The position numbers were made by a program, and so were the translations under genes. Below the pieces are notes generated by a model. It did no database searches. It was not told the DNA's origin and worked only from the letters and a program-made list of their open reading frames with translations. 64,000 nucleotides of DNA from Raillietiella orientalis (lineage: Eukaryota): NCBI GenBank assembly GCA_036172245.1, contig JAYWIR010000006.1:1178001-1242000 (forward strand). The letters run 5' to 3'. Positions within the stretch are counted from its first letter, which is position 1. Each line of letters begins with the position of its first letter. Below are positions 38,901-50,897 of the stretch, piece after piece.

Positions 38901-41742
38901 AAATTAAGTTCCAGAGGTTTGTAAGCAGTAAATAACTAAGCTGTCCTATTGTGGCAGTATTTTTACTTAGAATTTTTGTCCATTGACGTACTTCAAGAGG
39001 TTAAAGCATTTCAATTAGAAAAAAAGCGAATCCTTTAAAACTTCCCCCATTATTAAATTTCATTTTCATATAATATAACTTCATAGTATTCATTTATTGC
39101 AGAGAAATATCGAACTGGATATTTGGTGCTAAGTGATCTTATCTCTGGTTAATGCATCATTTGTATATCTCAGCATTTAAGAGGCTTAACTTTTGATGCT
39201 ACGTTATTTAATCCTTGTAAAAGATTTTAAGAGGTTCTGGTAGTAACTTCATTCATACAGAAGATATATTGTTTGCTTATAACCAAAAATATTGTCAAGG
39301 CATTTCATGAATTCGTAAACTAATATTGGTTACTTGGTGAAAAAAACTGATTGCCAATTTATTCAAAGAAGAAAACACCAATGTAGTTGGTGTCATTACA
39401 TAGATTGCATTGTTGATGAACTTTCAGATTGGTTTATTTTTATCAGTTGCAATATTCATAATTACTGGGATGTGTAATCATATAAATGTGCATCCTTATA
39501 TGACAGTACAGCAGCATTGGAGATTGAGAAAATTACTATGTATGTATGCACATTGTGATTCGCAAATTTTCAGAATGTGAGAAACCAGAGTCATGACTTC
39601 AAAATATTAGAAGCATCACACAGTAAAATATTTTTCCATTAATGGAATTTTACAATTAATAAGTAAATTTGGCTATTAGTAGATTTTTTGGAAGTGGACT
39701 ACATAAAAGTAGATCATTTAGTGGAATACTTGTATTGAATTAGTTTGTGTGTGTGTGTGTGTTTTCATTTGATACCATTGGCATATATTTAGCCATCATT
39801 TTGGCATTCTTTCAGAGATAATCTGGTGTAGGCATCATGTTTAAAAAGCATTTCTTCCCACTCATCATTGTTCTTCATTAGTGTTTCAGCGAATTCCAAT
39901 TCCAAAATTGTGTATGTAGTTAAGGAAATTCCGTATAAAACTCATTTTTTTATTTATTAACAAATTGGCAGCTTGTGAATAAAATGAAATGTTGGAATCT
40001 GATGTACACCAAGAACAGAATATTAAGCACGCAGTGTGCACATTATGTGTACATAACAAACATATGCATAAAATTAACCCTCATGCATTTCAATTGTGGA
40101 ACTTAATTGCTTTATATTACCTCTTTGCTATTAACGTATTTTTAGAGAGTTCATATTTTATCAGTATGGGAGAGTACTTTTGGTACTTCGATGTATTTGT
40201 TTAGAAGTTAAATTGGAAAAATATTCAGAACATTCAACCATCTTATTATTATCTTTTTCCAGACTGCCTTAACAAGCACTTACATCACGTAAATTTTGAA
40301 TGCCAAGTTTAGTCTGTAGCACATGTCACTTTCATTTGATCTAGCAGAAATCTTTAAGGCTTTGGTTAAATTGAAAATTTTGGAAAATATGTATTTTAAG
40401 TTTTCCATGAATCAGTATCTAGTATTCAAATTGTAAAAATTAAGGAATAATGATCAAATATTTCGAGATGGACTTGTGTGCATTGGCATATTTGATAATT
40501 CTGGTTCTGTTAAGCATGGATAATTAAATTTCAGGAGCAAAATGGGAACCAAACTACCTCAAGAGTGTTTAAATGATGTATTGTTAAAGACTTACTGCAT
40601 ACATATGTATAACTCGTTTGAGTTAGCACTCACGTATCAATCATTAGTGATTGTATTGAACATTAACGGGATTTTATAGTCTGCATTATATTATTATGAA
40701 GTACTAGTCACCCTTACGAAGGTTTTTAAGACTTATGTTTTCAATGTTCCTGTTGTGTAAAAAGTCAGTAATGATTGTGTATTTTATATATCTGTATCTT
40801 GAATCTAAAGGATATTATAACATAAATTGAAGCAAAGCTTAATAGCAAATAAACTGGTAGAATAAGAGTTTATTGTTTTTGAATCCTTTGCAAATGAGTG
40901 AATAATTTTATTATATCTTATTATAGGCTAATCCTTGTCAGCACCCTATTATTATTCTACATGATGTATCATTTAATCATCTGCGTAATATTCTCATCTT
41001 TATGTATCATGGGCAGGTGAATGTTGCACAAGAAATGTTAACAGAATTCTTGAAAACGGCAGAGTCCTTAAAAGTCAAGGGTTTAGCTGAAGATAATGTA
41101 ACAAGATAGTATTTTTGTTGGTAAATATCATTAGAAAACGTTATAGGGCCGACGTTTGTCCGCATTTGCAATGGGAGAGCAGATGACTGGAGTAAATATT
41201 AGCCGTAAACGGAATCGGACTTCACATGCTGCTGTAGATTCTGCAGCCTCTTATTGCAAAAAGATAACTAATGATAATGGTAATGAAGTGCGGAGATGAA
41301 GAGCTTTTAATTCAAATTGTTTTAGACTTAGTTCATACTAAAACTGAACCTGCTGAAATGTATGATCCTGCTTTTGCTGATGACTCCCTATCATCAACAA
41401 CATTCCATGGAAGAAAATGGAGTGGTGATCCAAATAGAGGAAGTGGACAGTCTAGTGCAAATTTAGCAGAAAGTGCAGAATTTCTCGATGAAGAATACGA
41501 ATCCATAAGCACGCCAGAGCATGTAGATGGTAATTTTATTAAACTTTACTGTGATTATTTCTTAAAATATGTTTTAGTAAAAGAGCATTTAGACTCAAAT
41601 TACAGTGATAAATCTATATTAGAACCCAGTTATTTAGGTAAGTATTTCGTTCTCCTTTGTTTGTTGCAATTAAGTCTTATAGAATCCAATACTCTAATAT
41701 CCGAAGAATATGAACATGCAGTAACGCAAGATACATCCCAGG
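35941..41742 (+). CDS. Tramtrack-group BTB/POZ transcription factor, common (constant) exons; Broad/Lola/Fruitless/Mod(mdg4)-like
   Basis: Exons 35941-36123, 40927-41097, 41147-41279, 41326-41529, 41578-41637, 41683-41742. BTB domain: [117 protein letters not shown]. The linker has a basic RKRNR stretch and KTEP. It ends at a phase-1 donor, cagg|gtgagt. Confidence 0.93.
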
Positions 41743-41782
41743 GTGAGTATATTTCTAAAATTTCTACTAGCAATTAATGGGT

Positions 41783-41788
41783 AATAAA
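41783..41788 (+). terminator. Candidate intronic polyadenylation signal just after the last common BTB exon
   Basis: AATAAA 40 nt after the donor and 5 nt after the in-frame read-through stop (41775-41777). The context is AT-rich, so it may be chance. Confidence 0.3.
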
Positions 41789-42277
41789 CAATTACCTAAA
41801 AGTGTTTTCAATATCGATTATTGATCATTTTTCATTGATGGGGTCTCTGATTGTCTTGTTCACTTCTTATGGTGTTTGTACCATCTACTCATTTTTGTAT
41901 ACCTGTATAGGATAGAATTATATTAGAAATGCTTAAACAATGCTTTTAGTGTCTTAATTACTTGCATATTTATCCTTTTGTACCATCACCTGATCCATAT
42001 GATTCCCATACAATACTATTATTGTTCATTAGTGTCACATGTTGGAGGCCAGAAGGGCAGAGAACAAGGTATTTATTCCAGTTAGTTGGATTAGCTTGAT
42101 CTTGTCCTCCATGGCTTATTAATCCTTTACGTTGTGCTATACCATTGTCCAAGTTTATCTGATTGGTGCTCTGGTTAGGCTTCTTCCACATGCATCTACT
42201 ATTCGATTTTTACATCCACATAAGCTGATCAGTTAGGGTGTGCAGTATGGTGATAAGGAAATCTGTCTGCTTTTCAG

Positions 42278-42465
42278 TTATGGTTCAGGACAAAAAGTCA
42301 ACCTTTGGTAAATCACTGGACGACTGTTATTCACCTGAACTAGGATTGTTCCAATGTAACTTCTGCTTCAGAAGCTACAAGACCCGAAATAGCTTAGCCA
42401 ATCACCGTTCACTTAGGCACCGGGATAAAAAGCGTAATATTCCGGTAGAAGTGTTGCATCCATAA
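42278..42465 (+). CDS. BTB gene alternative terminal exon A: single C2H2 zinc finger
   Basis: Acceptor ttttcag|tt, phase 1, matching the donor at 41742. Encodes FQCNFCFRSYKTRNSLANHRSLRHR, resembling the second finger of Broad-type pairs. AATAAA at 43412. Confidence 0.88.
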
Positions 42466-44913
42466 CTGCCAGATTTTGGTTGTTAAGTTTTTTGCAACAG
42501 TTGGGAAATTGATTATTTCCTTAGTATCCAAATGCATAAGTTAACTGTATGTCAATGCATAGTGCCAGTAATGCATTCCTGTGACTAATCCCAGTGCAGC
42601 AGAGAATGAAATATTTCATGTGATATTTGCATTGGAAGCTTTTTGACATCAAAATTGAAAATATATGATATTTTAGGAATACTTAGTTTTCTTGTCGTGA
42701 GTTTGTTTTTGCTTGTCATTTTTCTTGCATGTTTTATGTTTCTTGCAAGCTTATCATGCAATGTTCTTTTAGTTCTTTGCAATTTTAGGTGAGAAAGGAT
42801 TTATTTTTGGTGAATCAGAATGACAACACTTAATTTATTCAATGATGATTCTCATTGTTTTACAAACTTAACCTTTTAATATGAAATCATTTGAGGATAA
42901 TGCACGGTAGAGATTAGCAACACAAACAAGTAATTACCGTGAACCTGTTTTAACTTTCTGTTTTAAATGTTATTTAGGTCTTTCTGATTGAAACAAAGTT
43001 AGTTTTGGGGTGTTATTTATTAGGTACTAATGCATGCATTTATAGTTGGCTGTTGGAATTGACAGTAATGAAGAGAAGTATTGGTTTTTTATTGATTCTT
43101 CAGGCATTTGAAAATAATGTCTCCTTTGGTCTACTCTTATGATTTACATGGCAGATCATCTGTACAGATGATTGAACTTAGAATCTTTGTACTAACACCT
43201 GTTGTAATTAATGGATAATGCATCAATCCTGAATTAAATTTTATTTTATATTTTTCATATTGTGCTTGCATTATTTTCAGATTATTAAATTTTAAGACTT
43301 TAAATTTTAAGAGATCCTCTCATAATCGACTCTCATCATAAATACTTTTAAGAGTGATTTGATAGATGCTTATATAGAACATATATATATAAGTTGAGTT
43401 TCCTATTTGTCAATAAACAATCCAAACATTCAAGAAATATTTCAGTAATTTAAAGTGTCAAAATAAAATAGATGTTTCATTTATACACAAGCCCTTGAAT
43501 TGAAATCCAATTTTTAAATTGGACTTTAGAGTTTTTTATCTCATTTTATATTAAGAAATGATCTCATTATATTTGTGTTGTTCTTATGTTTGTTTAAAAT
43601 CATAGTTTATATTGAAAAGTTTGTATAAATACTCTTCATTGTAGTAACACTAAGGACTTTCTCCAGTGTAACTAAATTAATGCAGTGACTACACTAAGTA
43701 GTTGTATTGTGTGGTGTATTAATCAGGTTTTATGTATTAGAGTTCAGTGTGTTTTGTTAAGAAACTTACCTGACAGCTACATAAAGTAACCTTTATAAGC
43801 CCATTATATTAGTTTTCCATGTAGTTACCTGACATCAACTTAAAGAAGCAACGTGATCGTAATTTCAATTTAAGGTAATTTCTTAGAAAGTCAAGAAAAA
43901 CTGTGGCAGTACATGTGAAAATTCAGATAACCTAAATACACTAAAGTTTACAAATACATAAAGCATTATTTCATGTTGTTTGTGCATTACATATCAGTCT
44001 GAGTAACCTACTTGTGTTTAATCTGTAGAATGCGGCACTTTAGTTAAATATCCACTATTCTAGAAATGAAAGAGACTTATACAAATGGAAAGTTCGTCTG
44101 CTTTTTACTTGATTTCCAATGCAATTGCAATATGAATGAAGATGCAACATAGTCAATCTATTTGAATGTGTACCTTGATCATTCAATTTTATTTTTGATT
44201 ATATATTTAAAATATATTCATCATTAATAAATTAGCATATTGTGTTTCATAGGTCAAGAAAGTGTTTGGTGGCAAATGTTTGAGAGTATTCTGCGCTTTC
44301 TGCAAAAAAAAAAAAAAAAAGTTTGTTTTGCATTCGAGCAGATCTTGCGAATCTCTTCAGCTCCATTCATGTTGTAGTCATGTACTCGTTCATTTGAACA
44401 TCAGAGTTTAGCTCTCCAAGATAAGAATTTGCATACACTACTCTTGTGACTTTTGTTTGGTTTATAATTTGTTTCGTTGACCGTTTGATGAAAGCTTGAC
44501 GAAGCTGTTAGTAATTAATCAGAAAAATTCTCTTATAATACAATGATGTCTTTGGCAGTCAAGGATGAACTAATAGATGAAAGTTACATATCCTTAGGAT
44601 GAGCGTCTACATAAAAATTTGCCATTCGTGAAGGCAGTTTATTCAAATTTGTGTCAGTCACAAAAATGCGTCTTATAGATAGATGATGCTTCTCGAAGGT
44701 CAGGGTTAGATGGGATGTGCATGATTTAGATGCGCTTTTCTATATGGTCATGCGTTGTGCATTCCTAATTGTTTTTCGTTCAGTTTCTCTGGTTGCTTGA
44801 TGGTTTTCTCAAGATGAAGTTCAGACAGTTTGTTTATTACTTTTAAGTTAATTGAAAAAAGTATTTTTATGATTGTAGCTTATGTGGTTTTTATTATCAT
44901 TTATGTTAAGAAA

Positions 44914-44921
44914 TATCGATA
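44914..44921. promoter_or_regulatory. DRE-like palindrome TATCGATA
   Basis: Exact match to the Drosophila DREF-binding core promoter element, located at the CpG-poor to CpG-rich transition. Function is untested. Confidence 0.25.
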
Positions 44922-47900
44922 TTAGTCTTTTTTCTTTTTAACCAGTTTGTCAAGCAGAGTGAAGGAGATATGTAGTAAACCAGCGTTTCTGATCCGTTCA
45001 TTAAAGATACAACGAATAAGTAATTCGATGGGAGGGAACATGAAAGTGGTTCTGTTTTGACATTATTTTTGGAGATAATTCATTTTTTTCTTATTTGTGC
45101 TGGTCCGCGTTTATTACACTCCAAGATTTGTTTATTATTTTCTTTACTTGTTCAAGTCGATTTTGCCCGAATGCCCGCGAGATATGCTTCACGAGATAAA
45201 ATGCGGAGATGAGCGGTCTGCTTGCGTTTTGCCACAGTTGATAATGGGAAACTGGGGCGACCTCCTGATAACTTGGTAATCGGTCACTGCGAAGCTGTAG
45301 CTCGACTTCCAGAGACTTCCAGAGTCGTGACTTGAATCGCGTGCTCCCGGATCTCTCTCCAGTGTCAATCCAAAAGTTGCACCGTAAAAGGTGTTTTTCC
45401 TCCTCCCTCTTCAGACGTTTCGTGTCCCATGCTGGGAGCTCTCCGCGTACCAAATTTTGCATCAGAAGTACCGAATTACGGTAGAAACCCGAACGAGTGG
45501 AGTCTTTTCCGGTTTTCTGTCGTTGCGAAACTTGAAATCGTCTGGGCGTGTCAACTGAGAATGCACTGAATCTTTGAAACAAGCATGGGCATAACAGTTT
45601 TTGTGTTCAATTTTGGCTACTGATTAGTCAGGGCTGTGTTGCGAGTCTTTTGGTTTCTCCTTACACATTCTTTGGTATCGCAGTTGGACCATTTGGTTAA
45701 AGTCCCGCGTTACTAATTAAAGCGCGCTACTAGACTGAGGACAGATGGCAATGATCCCCAGGGTTCGGATAGTTTGATAATTATCGAACAGAGGTAGATA
45801 ACCTACATTCCATAATAAGATTGCCGCATACGTGTCGAGCCCACGTTGGATAGCTTCTTCTTCTTCCCCCCCCCCCCCCAGCTGGGCAGATAATTTTTCA
45901 TAGGATGCAATCAGCGTTTGAGAATGAAGAAATTAGAAACTTATCGGCATTACGGAGAAAGCTATTGCAAGACGAACTAATAACTGTAATTGCATAATGA
46001 GTACTTTGCCGTAGTAAGTGTACTGCATGCACCCCCCCCCCCATTATAAAAGACAGCAAAAGGAAACTTGTCTTGGGAAACATTAAGTTGACGTCCTTAA
46101 GAGAATTTGGAACTGCTACTGTTTGAAAAATGGGATTTCAGATTCGATGTTTTACTTTTATCGTGAGATAGGAGAGGAACGTTGGTTTGCTGAGATTTGC
46201 TGGCAGTAGTTTATAAGGACAGATATGGCGATGCTTCGGGTACAGATCTAATTCATAGTTTAATTTCAAAACTCGTGATTAGTATCTTCATCATTATAAA
46301 TGTAATGTGATAACCGTCAAAATGACAACCAAGTAGATACGGCCAATTTCCTGAAAATTATCGTCTGTTTATGAATACAGAAATCTCTTTTTTCAATTTG
46401 TTTTTTTTTTTTATTCACAAGAGCAGGAAAAAAAAAAACATCCCCGGATTCTTACTCAAGTAAAACTTCATATGTAGATTTTGATATGCGGGAGAAATCA
46501 GAGAATCCCTGTTTGTTACAGAGTCCAGTTTGATATTTTATCACCTACAAGAAAATTCTGAAAATTTGTAACAAGCAAAATAGATGTGTAAAAGAAACTT
46601 GGTGAATTTCACCGATTGATGAATATCACGAATACAAAAGATGAAGCATCCAGTCCGATGTTGATGAAGCCGAAACGGTGGTGACCTTTCGATTTTTGAA
46701 TGCCTTTGCTCAAATAATTGGGTTGATATGTGAGACACGAGAAGCTTCTCGAGCAACTCATCAGAAAGCGTGCCGTTTCTGAAGAAGTTTTGTGAAAGTT
46801 CCATTGCTTCATGCAGTAGCGGGAGTGGACTGATGTAGAAAAGCTCTACTTGGTCTGTTATTTGTCGAAGACTCTAGAACTCGATGACTGCTGCTCTTGC
46901 ATTACCCACTTATTCTTTCTAACCCTTTGCGATTTTTGCACTATTCGATGGATTTGTCTACGGGGCTTTTTTCCGCTCCCAAGCCGCTCTGACGAAAAAA
47001 TCGACGTAGCAACGAACGTCAAAAAGGTGAATTCCATCTAATTCAGTGTGCTTCAAGGTGTTACTGTTGTTCACAGAAAAGACTGCTTGGTGTTTTCCGA
47101 TGGCAGCTGCTAAAAACACAGCACCTAAAGCCAAAGAATGTATGGAACTGTAATGCAGAAAACTAGAAGTAACATCAGCGAAGTTTGCGCGGCGAGCGGA
47201 TGGCAGTAAGATGTCTTGTCGCTGGACCCACTCTCATATGACACACTGCGAAAATCGGTAGCGCAAGGAATCAGAAACGGGTTGTGTGTACACTGTTTTG
47301 CATATTTTTTTTGTGTGTGAAACATTTGCGTATGCAAAGGGAAGAGCACTTCGTCTCGACTCGGTGCATCTCCGAAGCATTGCGAATCCGAGTTGACAGA
47401 TTGAAATTTTCCGATGCTGAGGTCGTAAAAGTTGTCGGTCTGTGTGCATGGCTCGAGACGTGGGACCATCCTGAAGATCCCGGACCGTCCTGATCATGAA
47501 CATCACCTCTATGGCCACCATCGCATTCTCCAGTAATTGTGCTCGTGTTTCTTTTCTTTTCTTTTTTTTTTAAAAAAAAAAGTTCCACGGATTGCATTAA
47601 AAATGATCAAATACGTGAGAATGGTTTTAAGCTGTAGCTGTATTCTTCGCTCTTATCGCCGGGAATGCTGTTCTTCGATTTGTGTACATCGTGCTTGTTG
47701 TCGTGCTTTGGGGAACCCTGCAGACCGTGGAGATTAGGACGTGTATTCGTATTTTGTCCGCACAATGACATGCTTTACCGAGAAGGTTGGGAAGCGCTTA
47801 GACCTTCTCTTGAGCATCCAAACTTGATTTTGTCGGTATTCCCTTCAAGGAATAGTGACTTTTCCGAAGTCATGGGCTTCTAAAACCGAAAAAAATGGAA

Positions 47901-50863
47901 CATTAAACAAGAAGTGCTCATGAAGTGGGCTCTGCCTTTTGCTTGTATTTTTCGTCTAAGCACGAAAAGGAAAGGTGTGCAAGAAAAAGGAAAGTCGATT
48001 CGTAATTGGGAAACTGTTTTGAATCCAACACACCCACAACTTGAAAAGGATTTGCGAGTGTAGAGTACTCACATGCATTAGGTCAGCGGTGGGAATGCGG
48101 GTTGCGAAACAGTCTGATGGCCTCGTGGTGGATGAAGAGTACCTGTTGAGAAATGCGAGTCTCTTATGTAAGATTTCCGAAATTGTCGACCCAAAAAGAA
48201 AGAAGGAAAGAAAACCAAGGAAGGTAGAGAAAAGCTGTCTTTGGGAATTGCAAAGCGTATTTGAAAGCGAATGCAGATAGAGAAAAGGAAAGGAAGAAAG
48301 AAAAACAGATACTTCTGGGGTGTTCTAAGGGCATCAGCAAAGTGGAAAAGCGGCTTCCGAAGCACTTTTTCTTGAGACTTGCGGAAAATTCTTTAGTCGG
48401 ATGCCACGCCCACTCTGGACAATTTTACTCGGGGATCGAAGGATTGGAGATACTGTAAAGGCGAATTAGAACGTATTTGATTCAGACAGTCGTCGAGACT
48501 GCATCACTGAATCAGTTCGGAGTGCGGAAAGTTTCCCAATCACAACAAAAAGGTTTTCAATCTTTTTCCATTCTGCATGTCGTGTTCGACTGTGCGCTTG
48601 TGCGAGGTGCGCAATCAGAACAAATTCGTCCATGCGAGAACAAGAAGCGAGCTGTCGTAGAAGGGACTTTCTAGGAATGCAAATCAGTGCAACGGGAGGC
48701 ACACAAGGAAGCCTTTTGCATATTCAGATAGCTCAGCCAGGGGAAAATTTTGTTTAGTTGCCGCGATCAAGAGTGGTCAGAGTCAACAAAAGTGATCTTC
48801 GTTGTTTTCAAGCATCCCGATGTGTCAGATTATGCGTGAGAATGAAGTGATGTATGCTCGCAAAAAAGAAAAAAAAAAAAGGTTGACATAAAGTTTGGAA
48901 AAAAGTTGGAGGAAAGAGCTCTCTTTTTGCTATGTGGGCTGTATTTGAAAGCAGCCGCCTTCTTCGTATAGACCATGAATGTGGAACCTGTGCTGCTGCA
49001 CAGGCTTCTTCTTCTTTTTTTTTTTTTTTTCCTTCCCCCCCTTTCTTTTTCACGTGGCTCTCGAGAATTCTTCGGGAATGGAACTGGATTCCCCGCTCTG
49101 AGGTTCGCTAATGTAAATCTACTACTTGAGCCAGCAACCGAACACGTGGTATTAGAAGATAAGGTAAAGAAAAGAGCTTTTAAATACTAAGACAATGGCA
49201 TACGTTGATTATAAGATGCGCATGTCTTACACCCACTGTCTGCCCCTGAGGCATGGGAAAGCACTGCGTGCCACCACCGAATCCACACACACAAGTCATT
49301 TCATCGTGTCTGGGGTGGAAAAAAAAAAAAAAAAAGCAGGGAAATATAGATCATACAGTTGTGGGTTTGCGATGCATCACCTCTCTCTGATGAGGTGGGC
49401 ATGTGGGTTTTCTTTAGCATCCCACGAGGATCACTAAGCGTTGGTTGCGTGCGTAATATGCGTGCGAATAAGTTCTTGATTTCTCGTTGCGCAATGAGCA
49501 CATGTTTGGGACTATTTCCACGAGCGTTGAATGTTCGTTGTCTTCATTGAAATGCATTCATAAAGCTGCTGCTCTTGTAGGCGTTTGTAGCATTTTCAGA
49601 CGGAAGCACGGAATTGCAGAATACGCCTCACGAAAGAATTTCGATCTTAGGGAGTATTCAACAAAATTTGTATAGGCGAGCAAAGTTCCCTGTCGTTCAT
49701 TTCGGTTTCCCAGAAAGTTTTAGGGAGGAGATTATTGGGGTTTTCGATTCCCTCCCTTCCCCACCCACCCCCTTTTCCTCATCACTCGTCTCTTGGAAGA
49801 TGCCGGCCACGCAAAATTTTCGTTTGTTCCGCCCTGAAGGAGGCGGAAGGCTCGTATCTTGGGAAGCTCGCGTGCGTGTAGTGGTTTTGTCTTCGGATCA
49901 CCCACCAGTGCTCCTGTCGAGCCCAACTCCTCACCCTGTTGCCTTGTCTCGTGAAGGGAGCTGTAGAAATTTCTTCGACGGATGCTGCGGTGTTTTCCTG
50001 GAACTTTGTTCTCGTTCACGTCTAAGCCCATTCAAGATGGAACCTCTTGGGTGGAAGAGATGTCTGGAGAAGGCGAAGTGGTTTCACAATTTGGGTTCGC
50101 GTCTGCCCTTATTGCCAAGGACTTGCGCGACTTCATATTCTGTTTCTTTTGCTTGTTTGTTCATTTCTCCATTCGAAGGTTCTTCACGAGATGATATAAG
50201 TAGGAGAATAGAGGATTCTGTATAAATGCAGAATGATGACCGCACGCGACGTGACGTTTCCGATTAGGACAGCACCAGTTGGATTCACCCATTCAGTAGA
50301 TCATAATTGGAATGGCGTAGACGTAAATCGTGTTATAGAGAGGAACGTTCCGGCATTTGGAACAGCGTTGGAATTCCACGGACTCAACGGAACGGATTTC
50401 TATGGAAAGTTCACCGTCAGGGATCGAAGGAGCAGAGACGTTCGCGCGAGATTCCCGTCTTACGAGAATAATTAGTAGTAATTATCAACTATCAAGGGAT
50501 CAAAAAATGTGCATGCACGCTTCATAATGGGTTTCCTTTTTTTTTTTTTTTTTTCCGGTCATCTTAGTTGATCAGCGTTATTCGGAATGAAGGACAGGTC
50601 AGTTTGGGAGACAGCTTTCGTTCATCGAATAAATAACATATTGATAGATGCGACATCGTATGCATCTTCAGTTTTCAGAAAATTCGGCTAAATTGCTTTA
50701 CAGGTGGTTTCGGTTGAGCATTGCTCTTGTTTTGCTTGTAGAGGGTAGTGTTTGGACACTGCGGTATTCTCGATAGGTGGTTGGGTCTCCCAACCTCTAG
50801 AAGTTTGCGTTTCTTTTTGTGATTTGCTTTAGACACTGTGGTGGAATTAATGGAAATGTTTTC

Positions 50864-50897
<34 letters not shown>

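Noticed and set aside
39989..40204. ORF containing CTLC...H inside BTB intron 1
   Set aside because: No second His/Cys ligand or hydrophobic finger core, and it lies within the intron that splits the BTB domain.
45157..45215. PECP / RYASRDKMRR fragments suggesting a decayed finger
   Set aside because: Needs two indels and lacks His ligands; not distinguishable from chance by eye.
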